64,000 nt of DNA. It comes from Cycas panzhihuaensis (taxonomy: Eukaryota > Plantae > Cycadophyta). Below, piece after piece: positions 1 to 13,202 of the stretch (its first letter is position 1; each line of letters begins with the position of its first letter). Below the pieces are notes generated by a model. It was not told the DNA's origin and did not search any database. It was given only the letters and a program-made list of their open reading frames with translations. The stretch spans positions 211,179,741 to 211,243,740 of the forward strand of contig CM041465.1 in NCBI GenBank assembly GCA_023213395.1, written 5' to 3'. The position numbers were made by a program, and so were the translations under genes.

Positions 1-2918
1 ATTCATGCATGAATTCTGTTGGTCACTGATCACTCCTTGTACAACTTGATTAATGAAGAGTAACATGATATAGCCTGGAAGGTTCTTGAAGTTCTCAAGA
101 AGAACTTTGATAACAAATCAGATTTAGAATTTGTTCATCTTATTCTGAAAATGAGCAAATTAAAAATGCAGAAGGGACGAACTCATGAGATAATAAATCT
201 CCTTCGGCCAATCAAATGGTCAATTGATAAAGATTTTAAGACCCAATGTATCACTTGGGCATTCTTGATCTAGTCATGTTTATATGTTCATGATTATAAA
301 AACTTACTTGGAAGTCTTCAATCTAGTGGAATATTGAAGACACTCATCTTTGAAGCACTTGTTGATAAGTTCATAGAATTTGACGAGACCTTTGATATAA
401 ACTTTATAGCCTCTGACTCTCTTCTAGATGTAGCCTTTAAGACAGAAGAAGAAGTTTTCTACATAAGAAATCAAGGTCCCTCTTATACTAGAGGAAATAA
501 CCGAGCGAGAGAAAGAGGAAGAAACATGGGAAATCATCCACAAGGTCAACCAAACCCTCAATCACAACCTCGACAGTCTCAAGGCCAAGGGCTACCTCAA
601 CAAAGAGCAAGATAATTAGGCCAAACCAATGCCTCTTCAGAGACTGGTAATCAAACTATTATGTGTGATCAGTGTAATCGTAAAGGACACTTAGCAAAAG
701 ATTGCAGAACCACCACTTGTGAAGAATCCTTTAGTGGTGCAAGTTTTGTACAAGCACATGTTCAAATAATTGAGGGATCTTCAGTATCAAATGCCATTGA
801 CTAACCAAAGAGATACTTTAAAAATCGATGTGGATATATCACTTGTGAATTCCCTTCACCAATGCCAAGCCCTATTGGAATTTCCAACAGTGTGGCTCCA
901 ATCAAGGGACAGTAGACTCCAAAGTACCCTTACGCCACTATAATCATGTTATCAAGTATGATGTTCAGATTCTAAAATTTAGGGGGGGGGGAGGGGGACA
1001 GATATAAATTACTCCAAATATTGGAAGCTGACAATAGAGCCTTGGAGGATATAAGTTGTGACTTTGAACCAATGAGTGCACATCCAATACCATCTTTTGA
1101 AGATAACAGAGTTGATAAAGGCAAAGCCATTATAGAAGAATCATCCTCTCCACCTTCAGTCGTCAAAGGCAAAATCATGGTAGAAGGACCATCTTCCTCA
1201 GGTACATCAACATCCTCCTCATAAAATAATCATTTTAATTAACAACATAAGAACCAAGAAGTTGAGGAAATGAGGACTTCATTCCCAACTCGAGGATCTC
1301 GAGAAGTCTACCAACTCAATAAGGACATACAACCATATGAGGTGGGCAAAACTAGCACTCGAAGTACCCATAGACCAAGGATGCAAGAATCATTATATAC
1401 TAAACTTGAACTAGTAGAAATGCACCTTACTCTTAATGAAGAGCCTCTAACATACCAAGAAGTTATAAAACATACAGTTTAGAGAAATGCCATGAACGAA
1501 GAGTATCGATCTCTTATCAAGAACAGTACATGGGAGCTCGTTGATCTACCACTAGGTAGAAAGGTAGTTCAGAATAAATGGGTGTTCAAAAATAAATATA
1601 GATTAGATGGCACCCTTAAAAAGTACAAGGCAAGGTTGGTAGCTAAAGGATTTACCCAAAGGGAAGGCATTGACTACACTAAAGTCTTTGCACCTACAAC
1701 TAAGTGGCCACAATTAGAACTCTTGTGGCCTTAGCTGCTTAATAGGGTTGGAGAATCCACCAACTTGATATCAAGACCGTATTTTTTAATGGAGATCTTG
1801 AAAAAAAAAATTACATGGCTCAGCTAGAAGGATATGAGATTGAAGGTCAAGAGTATAAGGTTTGCAGGCTCAGAAAGTCCTTGTATGGCCTTAAACAAGC
1901 CCCTTATACTTGGTTTACTAAATTGTATGAAAGAATGAGGTAACTTGGATACGAGATTTGTGACTACCAAGATATTGATGCAACATTGTTCGTCAAACAC
2001 CATAAAGGTAAAGCCACTTATCTCATAATATTTATGGATGACATGTTAGTAACGGGTAATAGTGAATAGGCAATAAGCTAGTTGAAAAAGAACCTTGGCA
2101 AAATGTTCGAATTGTCTAACCTCAGTTTGATGAAATATTATTTAGGAATTGAAGTAATACAAAAGAATGGATAAATTTTCCTCTCCCAAGAAAAATATAT
2201 CAACGATCTTTTAACCAAGTTTTAGTTGGAAGATGCTCGACCGGTGATGTTACCTATGGACCCTGATACTAAACTCTCAGCTAAAGGTAACACTAGGGAG
2301 GTAGACGTAATACTCTATAGGAAATTTGTAGGTAGTTTCATCTACACTACCAATACAAGGCCAGATATTACACATTCTATCAACATTCTTGCTCATTACA
2401 TAACAAATCCTAAGCAGAATCATTAGCAGGAAGTAGAGCAAGTGTTGAGATACCTTAAGACGACTAGAAAATATGGTTTGTTGTATGAACCTAATTCAGA
2501 CTTCAAGTTTTTTGTATACATAGACTCAAAATTTGTAGGAGATAAAGTTACAGGAAGATTTACGTCTGGGTATGTAACATTTCTTAGAACAACACCAATA
2601 TCATAGAGATCTAGACAACAAAAGATAGTTGCAGATTCAACTACCAAAGCTAAATACATTGTTGCTTCTGAGACTAGCAAGGAGATGATATGGCTTAGAA
2701 AATTATTAGAAACATTGAATATCACCAAAAAAAGTCCTACCAGTCTTCGTGTGGATAATCAATCAACAATCTACATGGCGGAAAATCCTATATTTCATGA
2801 TCATACCAAACACATAAGTACAAAAGTCTACAGGATTAAAGAACTTGTTGATGACGACACAATTCAACTGGAATACTGCCCCACAGCAGATCAAGTGGCT
2901 GATATCTTAGTTGAGTAG
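1..2918 (+). mobile_element. Decayed Ty1/copia internal region (gag, RT, RNase H; protease/integrase not recognisable)
   Basis: CCHC knuckle CDQCNRKGHLAKDC at 664-705. RT motifs TWELVDLP and KYKARLVAKGFTQREGIDY (1492-1734), KSLYGLKQAP (~1875). RNase H VDNQSTI..NPIFHDHTKHI..DQVADIL (2685-2918). Many stops and frameshifts. Confidence 0.93.
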
Positions 2919-2929
2919 CAATTTCCTTT

Positions 2930-3600
2930 ACATACATGGTTTAATTAGTGCTAACAAGGTGTCCCACCCCTTGCTTATATTAGAATGCAAGTAGTCTTCA
3001 AATAAAATATGCCAAGTCTTCATATAAGTTAAATCATAATTTGTTGTAATAATATAATAAGCAATTGATGTACATATGAAGAGAACATCATCCACCAGAA
3101 TGCATGAGTCATTAACTGCTGCAACTACTAATTGAATAGGATGTTCCTTTGTGGATATGGTTCTACTAGTGCCAGTAGGAGTAGCTATAAAGTGGTCTTA
3201 CCCCTTACTTATATAGAATGCAAGCAGTCTTCAAAGGTTTCTATGGCCTCAAATTGTCTCATAAGCTAAAAACATGTCTCTTTGCGCTTACATCATGCCA
3301 CCATGGGCTCACATTATGCCTCTATGGGCTAAAAAATAATCAATAATATTAATGCATAACTAGAAAGATAGATGTGACTCAAATACAACATGAATGACTA
3401 TCTCTCATATAATAAAGCTCAAAATGGACTCTCTATAGCAAAATATAAGACCTTAGTACATGTTACCACTCCTATTTGAGGTACATCATCTTAACAAATA
3501 ATATGCAACCTTGAAACTACATATATATGCCTAAAGAAGCTGAAAAAAATGAAGAAAAATAAAACTTATGACTTTAGACTGAGATTTCTACATAAAAATT
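2930..3600. repeat. Dispersed non-coding retroelement-derived repeat, homologous to 13440-14020
   Basis: Colinear shared blocks, e.g. catgccac..atgggct, gtacatgttacc, accttgaaa..atatatgcctaaa and gaagaaaaataaa, in both places. Internal duplication ccccttgcttatattagaatgcaagtagtcttcaaa at ~2967 and ~3201. Confidence 0.65.
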
Positions 3601-3610
3601 ATTAGAATAA

Positions 3611-3927
3611 TGTCCATTATATTTAATCTATATGCAATTAAACCTTGGGAACCAGCGAGCCACCACCAACTGTCTTCGAGCCACCACAAGCCATCCTTAA
3701 GCCAATAAGGTAAGTTTATACTTTAATTTATTAATTTTTAATTATTGGACTAATGATTGGGTAAAGGCAGACTCTCGCCTCCCCAAATCTATAAATATTC
3801 TAGGTATACCACTCAAGTGTTTTTTAAAACTAGCATAAAATATCGAAGATTTATTATAATATTTTTTATTATGGATTAATGTGTATTGGCCTGCTCTATC
3901 ATCTATGCTCTCATTTGGTATTAGAGC
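3611..3927 (+). mobile_element. Putative short LTR followed by tRNA-Met PBS
   Basis: ...TCA-tt-TGGTATTAGAGC (PBS 3916-3927). TATA-like ctataaata at ~3789. The TG start at 3611 is tentative. Confidence 0.5.
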
Positions 3928-4613
3928 GAGCTCACGATAAGTGTTACGTTCAATATTTGTTTATTTTTTAACATTATTTCAATAATTTGCATAGTATTTT
4001 ATTGAATTTTTTTATGTTTTCATTCGTAAGCTTCAATTCTTCAAAGTTTCTTCAATTTTTTGTAGCCATTATTGTTATGCATAACCCAACATACATTTGG
4101 AGTGTTTATACTTTGATTTAGTCAAGTTTGATAAATATTTTAAATCATTTTTATCAATTTTTTTAAGGTTCCTATATCCTTCCTGAGCTTCGACAAGCTA
4201 GTGCTCTCTCCTCAGTGCATGAAACCTTATCATATGACTCCTCATTGGAATCTTTGGTAAACCAACTTCGCAACGCAACTAACAAATCAAAAATTCATTG
4301 TCTCTATGTGGAAATCTCCCTCCGAAAAACTCAACTACTCACTGTGGCCAATGAGACCCCACTACTCCTCTTCTCATTTACTTGTTTTCTCTTTGTTTTT
4401 ATTAGTAATAATTAACTTAGGTTAACTATAACCTAATGCTTCATTAGGATTAATTGTGTGTAGGTGTAACGAAAGGATATGTCTGTTAGCAAAAAGACAT
4501 GATGAAGAGGCATGGCCATATATGGTACCATTTTGGGGTATATTTATTTATACCTCCTTTGTATTCCAATCATCAACTCAAGATTAATGTGAACTCATCA
4601 TCTTCTTGTATTC

Positions 4614-7077
4614 TGTTCCCCAGCTAGTGGGAATGGACTCGGGACGCATCGACACAGGTTTGTGCAGGTATATGTTCTTACTTTTCTTACTTATGTTTGC
4701 TAAGGGAATTTAGAATAGTTTGATTGACATGTGCCTGCCTGCACGCATTGCTCGTTTGCCTGTTCATAATGCATATGCCTAACGGCACCTCTTAGCCTAT
4801 GACGACACACAGCGGGGGCATTCCTCGTGAATCACGACACCGTATGGCGTCTGACCACCCATGATGTCTCCACGGTTCCGGGATTATTTACGACTGTTTG
4901 CTCTTGTTACAGCATGCCACTTATGTTGCAAACCCTTCCTAAGCCTGGTTTAACCCTTAGTTAGGGCTCTTTGCACCATTTTGAGTACTTGCCCACTGCC
5001 TGGGCCTTCCCCCAGTTGATGTATTTCAGGCTTAGCCCCTGTTCTTACCTTAAAAAGCTGATTTTTATGACTTTTATGTTGTATTTTTCTCTTTTTTCAA
5101 ATTCTGACATCTGCGACAAACTTAGCTGCACAAAGTTTGAAGCGGTACCGGTCGTCTGCGGTAAACTAGCATGATCAAGTTTGCCATCTGACTGTTAAAA
5201 TTGAAAAAGAAACCATCTTGACGATGGCGCGTTTTTCGGCGCTAGCGTGGCTCGAAGCAGTTGGGCGAGGGCCCCCAACGTTCACTTGTTATGCCCAAGG
5301 CATAAAAGCCTTTTCCTTACTCATTATTGAGGATTTCTTCACTTCATTTTTCAAGTTTTTCTAGAGCAACTTCTTCACAAAGAGACAAAGCAAAGAAACA
5401 GTGAACAAGAGAACTTCTTCTACAAGGTGGGACGGAGGTGAAGTGGACCATTACCACTGGAGTTGCGGGGCCATTCTTTGCCCCTACATTTCTCCACCAC
5501 AAGCTTCACCTTCTCTCACAAATACTCAAAGTTCAAGGCATTTCTTCACAAAAAGACTACTCAAAGGACAACTTCTAGCTCCCATCTTGCGGAGCTTCCT
5601 CCTTCCATTCTCTTGCAAAGGACACTAAAAACCTTAGACACCTTTGCTTGCTCCAAGTAGCCAAGGTACATGCATGCATGCTCTCTCCCATTTAAGGTAG
5701 TTCTTGTCTTTCATTGGTGCTTTTGCGTTTTTGTTATTTTACTTGCAAGCTCTTCTCCTTCTTTGTGTGTGCTTTCCTTGGAATTTCATTTGCCATTTGA
5801 TGCAAGTAGCCTTGTTAGTTGTGGCTTGCTATAGGGAAATTTTAGATTGGGCCCATTTCTTCACATTTCTTTGAGACTCATCCTTACCCCTTAGCTTGCT
5901 CTTTCACCGTTTCTTAAGCCGATACAAAGGGTCTTGCGAGGATTTGAGGGAGATAGGCGGGGTTCGTCCCCATTGCCGTCCTTCTCCCCAAGGGTTCCGT
6001 CCCTTGTCCTCTCTCCCTTTACTATCCGCTCTCTTGGGAAAGCGAGGTTAGGAAACCTAAAGTCGGTTTGAACTCTCTTCTTGGCGTGGTAGCTTGTCAC
6101 AACCTATCTCACCTTATTGCTAGCATTGCCTTCCGAACCCCTGGAGACCTCTCGTGGGTGAGTTAGCCATCCGAGGCTACACTCGGTCCCCTAATAGCAT
6201 GTTTTGTGGTGTATGATAGCTTGCATGTTTACCGTCTGATTAGTTTCATTTTGTTATGGTTTAGTGCTTAACTTCGTTTTCTAGCTTAGTTGATTTTATT
6301 GCCATATATACATCTTGTTGTGCTTCGTAGCCTCTCTCCCGAGAGGAAGGCGTTTGTTGGGATTATTTGCAGGATTGCGTTGGAGGAGGCATTGCGAGAT
6401 CGACCCATTCTTGGGTCGACCCCCATATGGTATCTCTTCTCCCTTTTCGGTTGAGCTTTGCTTTCGTTTCCTTCATTTCGTTTGGTCCTTGCATGCTTTT
6501 GGGGAGGTAAGTGCACCCCGTTCGTTGTCTGCGATCGGCGTTGCATGCGGGAGGAGGAAAGGAGCGCAACCAGGAGAAACCTGCGCTGTTCGAGCAGGAT
6601 CCGGTATTCTTCGCATGCCTTTCATATTTTCTTTATGCTTTTACGCTTCTTTGCATTTACTGTTATAGATAAGGGAACATAAAGGAAAGAAGAAAACAAC
6701 CTTTATTGTGCATTTGCTTTCGTATTACTTTGCTACATTGCATAACATAGGAATAGAAGACTTGTTTGCGTTGTATCCCCTAGTCGCATTTTACCCCGTA
6801 TTCTTTACACTTTGGTTGGTTGCCCCCTCGTTGCCTTCTCATTGCCTTGAGAAGTAGCGACGCGTGAGGATTCTTTTCCCTTCCCGGCCATCCGAAGGGT
6901 AGGAAGGCCTCGCTTGCACGGCTACCTGGAAGCAACCAGGCACCTTGCAGTCCCGTACCCGTGCTCCGGCGCACGGACGTCCTGCGAGGTATGATCCTCG
7001 CTATTTAGCCTGCTTAGCATATTGTTTTATGCCCTTCCTGCTAGGCGTTGGATCATTGCCCCGCGAAGAGCGTTTCA
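4614..7077 (+). mobile_element. Solo LTR (2464 bp) of a Tat-like gypsy family
   Basis: TG...CA ends with perfect TSD TATTC at 4609-4613 and 7078-7082. It interrupts the copia 5' LTR exactly. Both termini resemble the LTR termini of E1/E0 (reverse complement of the ends at 38834, 43451, 57396 and 54358). Confidence 0.92.
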
Positions 7078-9592
7078 TATTCCATATCACCTCTCAAACA
7101 TTTTATATTATTTTATATGTAACATATCAAACCTTGTGTTAGTGGGATTTCTCTCTCGAGAGAGTTTCTCATGATATATTTGGTGTTCAGGTCCCCTTGT
7201 GAATAATCCTAGTGTGTAGCAGTCTTTGCCTCTGGTTGGCTTGATACCTAACCTGCAACCTACATATACACATACTCTCACATAGTATCAGAGCATAAGG
7301 AAGCAAAGAACAACATTAGAACTCAAATATGAGATTGGAAATGAGTAAATTTGTCACTAACTAATCATATTTGGAGATTGGAGATCATAGATTTAGTTGA
7401 CACTGAGAATAATGGCCATCCAAACTTGCAAATCATATTTGGCACCTTATATGCTTATGGCACCAACATTGGAAGCTGTACAATGACGTTAGACTTCAAA
7501 TCGAAGCCATACAACAACATCGGGCTTAAATTAGGCATCATAAAAGCAATATTATGTAGTGTATGCAGAGCTGCTACATACATGGTTAGAGGGAATAGAA
7601 GAAGACCTGATTAGTGATAAAATTCTATTCGCAATCATCATAAACAAGTTGTCAACAACTTATAGTACCTTTTAGACCATGTATAATATTGACAAGATGT
7701 TGCAACTTACCTCATTTCAGAAGTTAAAAAGTTACTTCTTGTAGAGGAAGCTAAGCTCAGACATCATAGATTTGTGGGTTCGAATGATATTAGTCATGCC
7801 CTATCCTTAAAAATTTAAAAGAATGAGGATAAATATAGGGATAAACATTCATATGAAGAGGTCACCGATAAAGAGAAGAAGAAATATAATGGTTCATGTA
7901 CCTACTACAAAAAGATTGGCCACAAAGAAATGATTGTTGGATAAGGAAAAGGAACTTAAGGCAGACCAATGGAAAGGAGAAAATTATAGCATATTATGTG
8001 CAAGTATCAACTAACTTGGGCACACAACAACATATCTCTTCTAAAAAATAGAGTTTTGATGTGTTGAACTAAGATCTTGGCTAGATAGATGTGATACTCG
8101 ATAATGTTGATGTGGTACCAATCAAAAATACTGAAATAGTCACAATAAAAGGTGGTTGTCTTAAGAAGATGTAGTATACGCCTAAAATGAATCAAAATCT
8201 TTGTTTTACTCAGGGTACTTGGGTATACTCTCCCAAAGATAAGTCAAAAGTAAAAGTGACAGATAAATAAATATGTGAGAATCAAATAGATTTCTTAAGG
8301 AGTAATCATGGAAAAGCTAACAATAATCACATTTTAAAGTTTTGTCCTAATTATGGTATTGAGTTAATCCCACATGATGGTATTTCCACACAGAGAGTTG
8401 ATACAAATTCAACATATCCCATTCAACTTTAGGATAGAAGCTGTGAGAACTACTGTTCACATTAAGAACTGGATTCCAACTTCTATAGTTAAATGTATGG
8501 TGCCACATAAAAGATGGACCATTAGAAGCCTTCCATTAAAAAAATCTTAGGGTGCATTGAAAATGTAATAATCTCTGATAGACAAATGAAGGAATCTAAC
8601 CATAGTCACAAAAGTGCTTTTGTGGGATAGTATGGAAATAGTCACAGACTATGGGATCTAGTGATGCTGAAGTTTCTTCATTGTCAAGATATAAAAATCA
8701 ATGAAGCATCGACATACCAGTTTAGTAATCCTTTATTAATAGATGTTTGTTACCCCTCCTTCATAACATCTTCTAATCCTGCAAAGGTGAAACTCCAAGA
8801 GGAAGATGAAGTAAAAGGAAGAGAAAACACTAGTTACTCATTGAGGAGATGATAACCTCATCTAAGCCATTGTTGGACATAACTGAGGATGTAACAAAAA
8901 GGCTAATTGAAACTCAAACTAGTAGTCGACTTCAAATAATGAAAGTCATTCACTCCTACATTCTTAATTCGTTATGGTGAATGAATCCTTCCTAGAAAGT
9001 AACTATGGAGGAGGAAAAATATTCTTTACATAGAAATATCCCTTCTATACAAATTGACCCTAAGACGACGATTGCACTTATTGATCAAAAGCTAGTAAAC
9101 GGGTCAAATATAGCAGTTATACTCAGTGGAGAGTCATACTAAAGTAATATTTAGTCTACATTTCTTAACCTAGACTTGGGGGAGATTATATTGGGGTTAT
9201 TAAGAAAGGACAAGATAAATAATTGTGCCAATTCAATTGTGCTAATAGTACATACCATGTGTTTGATTTAGACTCATCATCAGTTGATGGAATATTATGA
9301 CCTATGGAAGAATCTCTTAGTTTGGGGAAAGAGTGCTTGAAAGTTTAAGTATAAACAACAGAAGCGAGATATCGGTCGAGTGTTCAAGAGGTGTTTAATG
9401 AAAGCAAGCTTCAAGTGGAATCTTCTTCGAACACTAACTGGGTTGTGAATCAATTCATATAGCTATTGGATGAACATCACCAATCAATACTCAGCAAGAT
9501 CATCCTTGAGGGGGAATCAGTCTATAAGGATGTATCTCCTAACTAATAGAGCAGTTAGTTTTGCTTCATGCCCTATTCACATTAAGGAGGGA

Positions 9593-10007
9593 TATTAGTG
9601 ATATTTAACTTAGGTTAACTATAACTTAATGCTTCATTAGGGTTAATTAGTATATGCAAGTATGACAAAAAGATGTGTCTGTTGGTGAAAAGACATGATG
9701 AAGAGGCATGATCATACATGGTACCATTTTGGGATATATTTATTCATACCTCCTTGGTATTCCAATAATTAACTCAAGATCAATGTGACCTTACTATCTT
9801 CTCATGCTCCATCTCACCTCTTAAATACTTTGTATTGTTTTATATTTAATATATCAAACCTTATGTTGGTGGGTTTTGTCTCTCGGGAGTTTCCCATGAT
9901 ATATCTAGTGTTCGAGTCCTCTTGTGAATGATCTTGGCATGTAACAATCTCTATCTCTGGTTAGCTTGACACCTAACTTGCAACCTGCATATACACATAC
10001 TCTCATA
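9593..10007 (+). repeat. 3' LTR of the 4400-10007 copia
   Basis: Colinear with 4400-4613 plus 7078-7282 and preceded by a PPT. Confidence 0.92.
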
Positions 10008-11249
10008 GTTTCTCATCAAACCTTTTTTAGAACTTGGGTGTAGGCCTATTAAGAGTTAAACTAAGATATCTCAATCCATTTTGTACTCTCCTAGTGCCCG
10101 TGCACCCTCAACAACTCTCAAACACTGAAAAACTCTATTTTAAATTCATTTTTCTCCAAATTTTTTCTTTGTAGACCTTGTAGCACACCCCACCCCTCTG
10201 TCCAGTCTAATCTCAGGTCATATCTCACTCATTTCCTACTATTTTTTATCGATCATACCTCCACGTAGTTGCCCATTTTTACGTGAGACATATTAATCAA
10301 AATATTTTAATTTTTAATTAATTTAAAACCTTAATAAGTTTTAATTAAGTTGTATTTCAATATTTTTAAAGTCTAGCCCCTTTCTCCTTAGCCCCTAGTC
10401 ACTAATTTGACCTATATGACCTCTTACTTCAACATTAAAAAGGATTTTTCATTAAAAAATTAGTTAATTATTGACATTTCTTCAATATGAAGGGAATTAC
10501 TTATTTTGTATAGCTCCTTGGTGTCTATCAATCACCCTGTGTAGCCTAATAGCTGGTTTTATTTGTCATTAAGGTGACCAGTAACCTTAAGTCAAAGAGG
10601 CTTAACCTTCCCCTACTTGTTTTGATGCCCTAAAGAGGTCCTATCATAGTTTCTATTATAACTTTTGATTTAGGAATCTATTTTTCAAACTCCTAGATCC
10701 GTCTGAAAGGTATTCTGATTATCTACATACTAAAGTAATTTGTAATGAGATTTAAAGTTGTTTTGTAGGCTTTTGAGGCTGGTGAAGTTAAGGCTTTTAT
10801 TTAACCCTAATTTAACTTATTTTCAAATATTTTAAGATATTTTGTCATCCTAACTTAGCATACTTACTTAATATTGAGCTACTAATATATTGTTGATAGT
10901 TTTTTATCTGTTTTAGAAGCTCATAATTAAATTTTATAGCTATTTATCCCTACTTTAAATTTTTGAAGAGAAGGAGCCCTTTTGGAAATAAATGCTTCAA
11001 ACCAGTGTACTCAATCTCTTTATAACTCTGTTATAAAGTTACTACTTTATCTTTTAGCTCATAAACTTAATTGTAGAGCTCATTTAAAGCATATTTCCTA
11101 CTCAGTTAAGACTATTTTACCTCTTTAAGGCATTCACTTAAAGGTACATTCAAAGTCAAACAAATGAGCATATTTCAAGGTTATATTCATAACATAACTT
11201 GTATTTTCCTTTAGATTAAAAGGGGCTCATATAGAAGAATATTTGTTGT

Positions 11250-12865
11250 TCATTTATTCTTAGTGTATTCATCTATATAGTAAAATAAATAGAAGGCTTA
11301 TTATATTCCTTTTTAGTTGTATATTAAAGTTTACCTTTAAAACATCTATCAAGGTCTCTTTTATTGCATTTAAAGGTGTATTTACTTTATATCCCTTGCA
11401 TCAGATTATTCAAAAGTATCATGTTGGACAACCATAAAGTCTACCAGAAAATTCTAGTTATATACTTGGACAAAAATATCCATTAAAATGCCTTTTGGGT
11501 GTACCATTAATCTATTTTCCACATAAAGCACTATGGGTTGGTCGTATACCTTTGAGATTAAGGTATTGCATGATTTGTAATGTTATCAAATTTATTCCTA
11601 CTCCTAAATCTACTAATGCTTGTTTCAATTTAGTCCCCTTAATTATAATGTTGACCTTTGAGCTACCTAGATTACCATATTTCATATGAAACCTTTTACC
11701 TTGAATTAGGTTAGCTATCATCCTCACAAAAGTAATTAACTTTGGTTACCACTTAGTTTTATTCTTCAAGCCTAAGCATAGGTCCTTAGCATGCTTCACA
11801 TAGATTGGGGTATCTTAGATAGCCTACAACAATGGTATATAAATGTATGCATTCTCAAGTTCTTACTTGAAGTCATAGGAACCTTGGGGTTCATGTTAGA
11901 TTTCTTGCTTCAACTTGGTAGGATATGGTACTTACTTGTTTGTTTACTTCTTTGCATCATACTAATCTATAACATGGTTTAGTGTTGAATCTTTTTGTTC
12001 TTCCTCAATATATTATTATAATGGTTACTCTATTAACAACTTCTCCAATCCTATTTCTCTAGTTTGGAAACTTTACATAGTTGTGTGCAAAATTGGGTTT
12101 AAATCCTATCACAATGAATAATTCTATATTATTTGTTATGGGTGTCCTTCTATAGAACAGTAGATATAGGCAGCATTTTATATTTTATGTTTTATTCCTC
12201 CTTCATTTTGAATAGCTTGGGTGGGTAGAGTTAATAATGAGGGTATATTATAGGGTGGAGTATTATAATTTACAAGAGTTTCTTTACAAAAATTCTAACC
12301 TATATTATTATTAAATTATTATCCTATGAGTCTATTTTGTAAATTTAATTAGGCACTAAATGGTTATTGAAAATTATAATGAAACTATTATTACGAGTTT
12401 TAAAATTCTTGTTGTTAACCTAGAAATAAATTTTATGTACTATAACATGGGTTTTGAGGGTATAAACAAGGGACATTTTGTAGATATGTAGCAAATTTTC
12501 TAAAACCATATAAACATACTAGTTCTAAAATAAGAAAAGATGTGTTTTCATATAAAAAATGAGACCACAGAAGATTATTGATATACCCTTGATGCAATAG
12601 TCTTTGTGGAACAAATGGGAACATTCTTAGATAAAATTATTGTAATCTTATTTAACATTGAAATCCTAACTATTACCATTTCATGAGCCTTCTCTAGTCC
12701 TAGAAAAATGTGATATGCGTTACTTCTTCTTCCATCTCTACAACCTCTTCTTCTTATTGTATCTTATGACTTAATATTGTTACTAAAGGAGGTTTGTGTG
12801 GCTCCTTCTTTTGCTTTATCTCTAAGCAAGTGAGTGTTGGGTTGAGCATACTAACTCTAATACCA
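11250..12865 (-). mobile_element. Decayed Ty3/gypsy (Athila-like) PBS-gag-protease remnant
   Basis: Minus-strand IYIPLL*AI*DTPIYVKHAKDLC, protease ALVDLGVGINL (ORF 11512-11727), then HPKGILMDIFVQV..FLVDFMVV. PBS TGGTATTAGAGT at 12865-12854 follows ...CCAACA. Confidence 0.8.
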
Positions 12866-12898
12866 AATGTTGGAAAATAAATCATGACTTTGATACTA

Positions 12899-13202
12899 TG
12901 TTAGCAAGTGAATCTACTATACATAATAGATGAAAATGGTGAGTGAATGATAAAGAAATGAAGCTCAAGAAAGATAAAGCATGTACATATTAATATAATA
13001 AAATAGAAGAATTCTTAAACTTAAATTAGAAATAAGGATGATGTACCATATGTGTGTGAGAACCCTCATTGTCCAACTTGTTGTGTGTTGGCACATATTT
13101 TTGTGCAACATATAACTCAAGAGGATCTTAAATATAAAATACAAATAAATATAGAAAAAGAGTGAATGGGGATAGATATGTAATTGGGTATTACACCCAA
13201 CA
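12899..13202 (-). mobile_element. ~300-bp LTR flanked by PPT and PBS-like sites
   Basis: TGTTAG...CCAACA ends. Reverse PPT ttctccctta at 13203-13212. Reverse PBS-like gactttgatacta at 12886-12898. Confidence 0.65.

Larger units (their letters stand above)
4400..10007 (+). mobile_element. Internally deleted Ty1/copia element with both LTRs and TSD
   Basis: 5' LTR 4400-4613 plus 7078-7282, matching 3' LTR 9593-10007. PBS TAGTATCAGAGC 7283-7294. PPT ttaaggaggga 9582-9592. Flanks gtttt/gtttc (4/5 TSD). Decayed gag knuckle ~7897-7940 and integrase fragment EAVRTTVHIKNWIP ~8440-8480. Internal region only ~2.3 kb. Confidence 0.9.

Noticed and set aside
4971-7142. Multiple 60-120 aa ORFs
   Set aside because: They lie inside a GC-richer solo LTR and have no recognisable domains.
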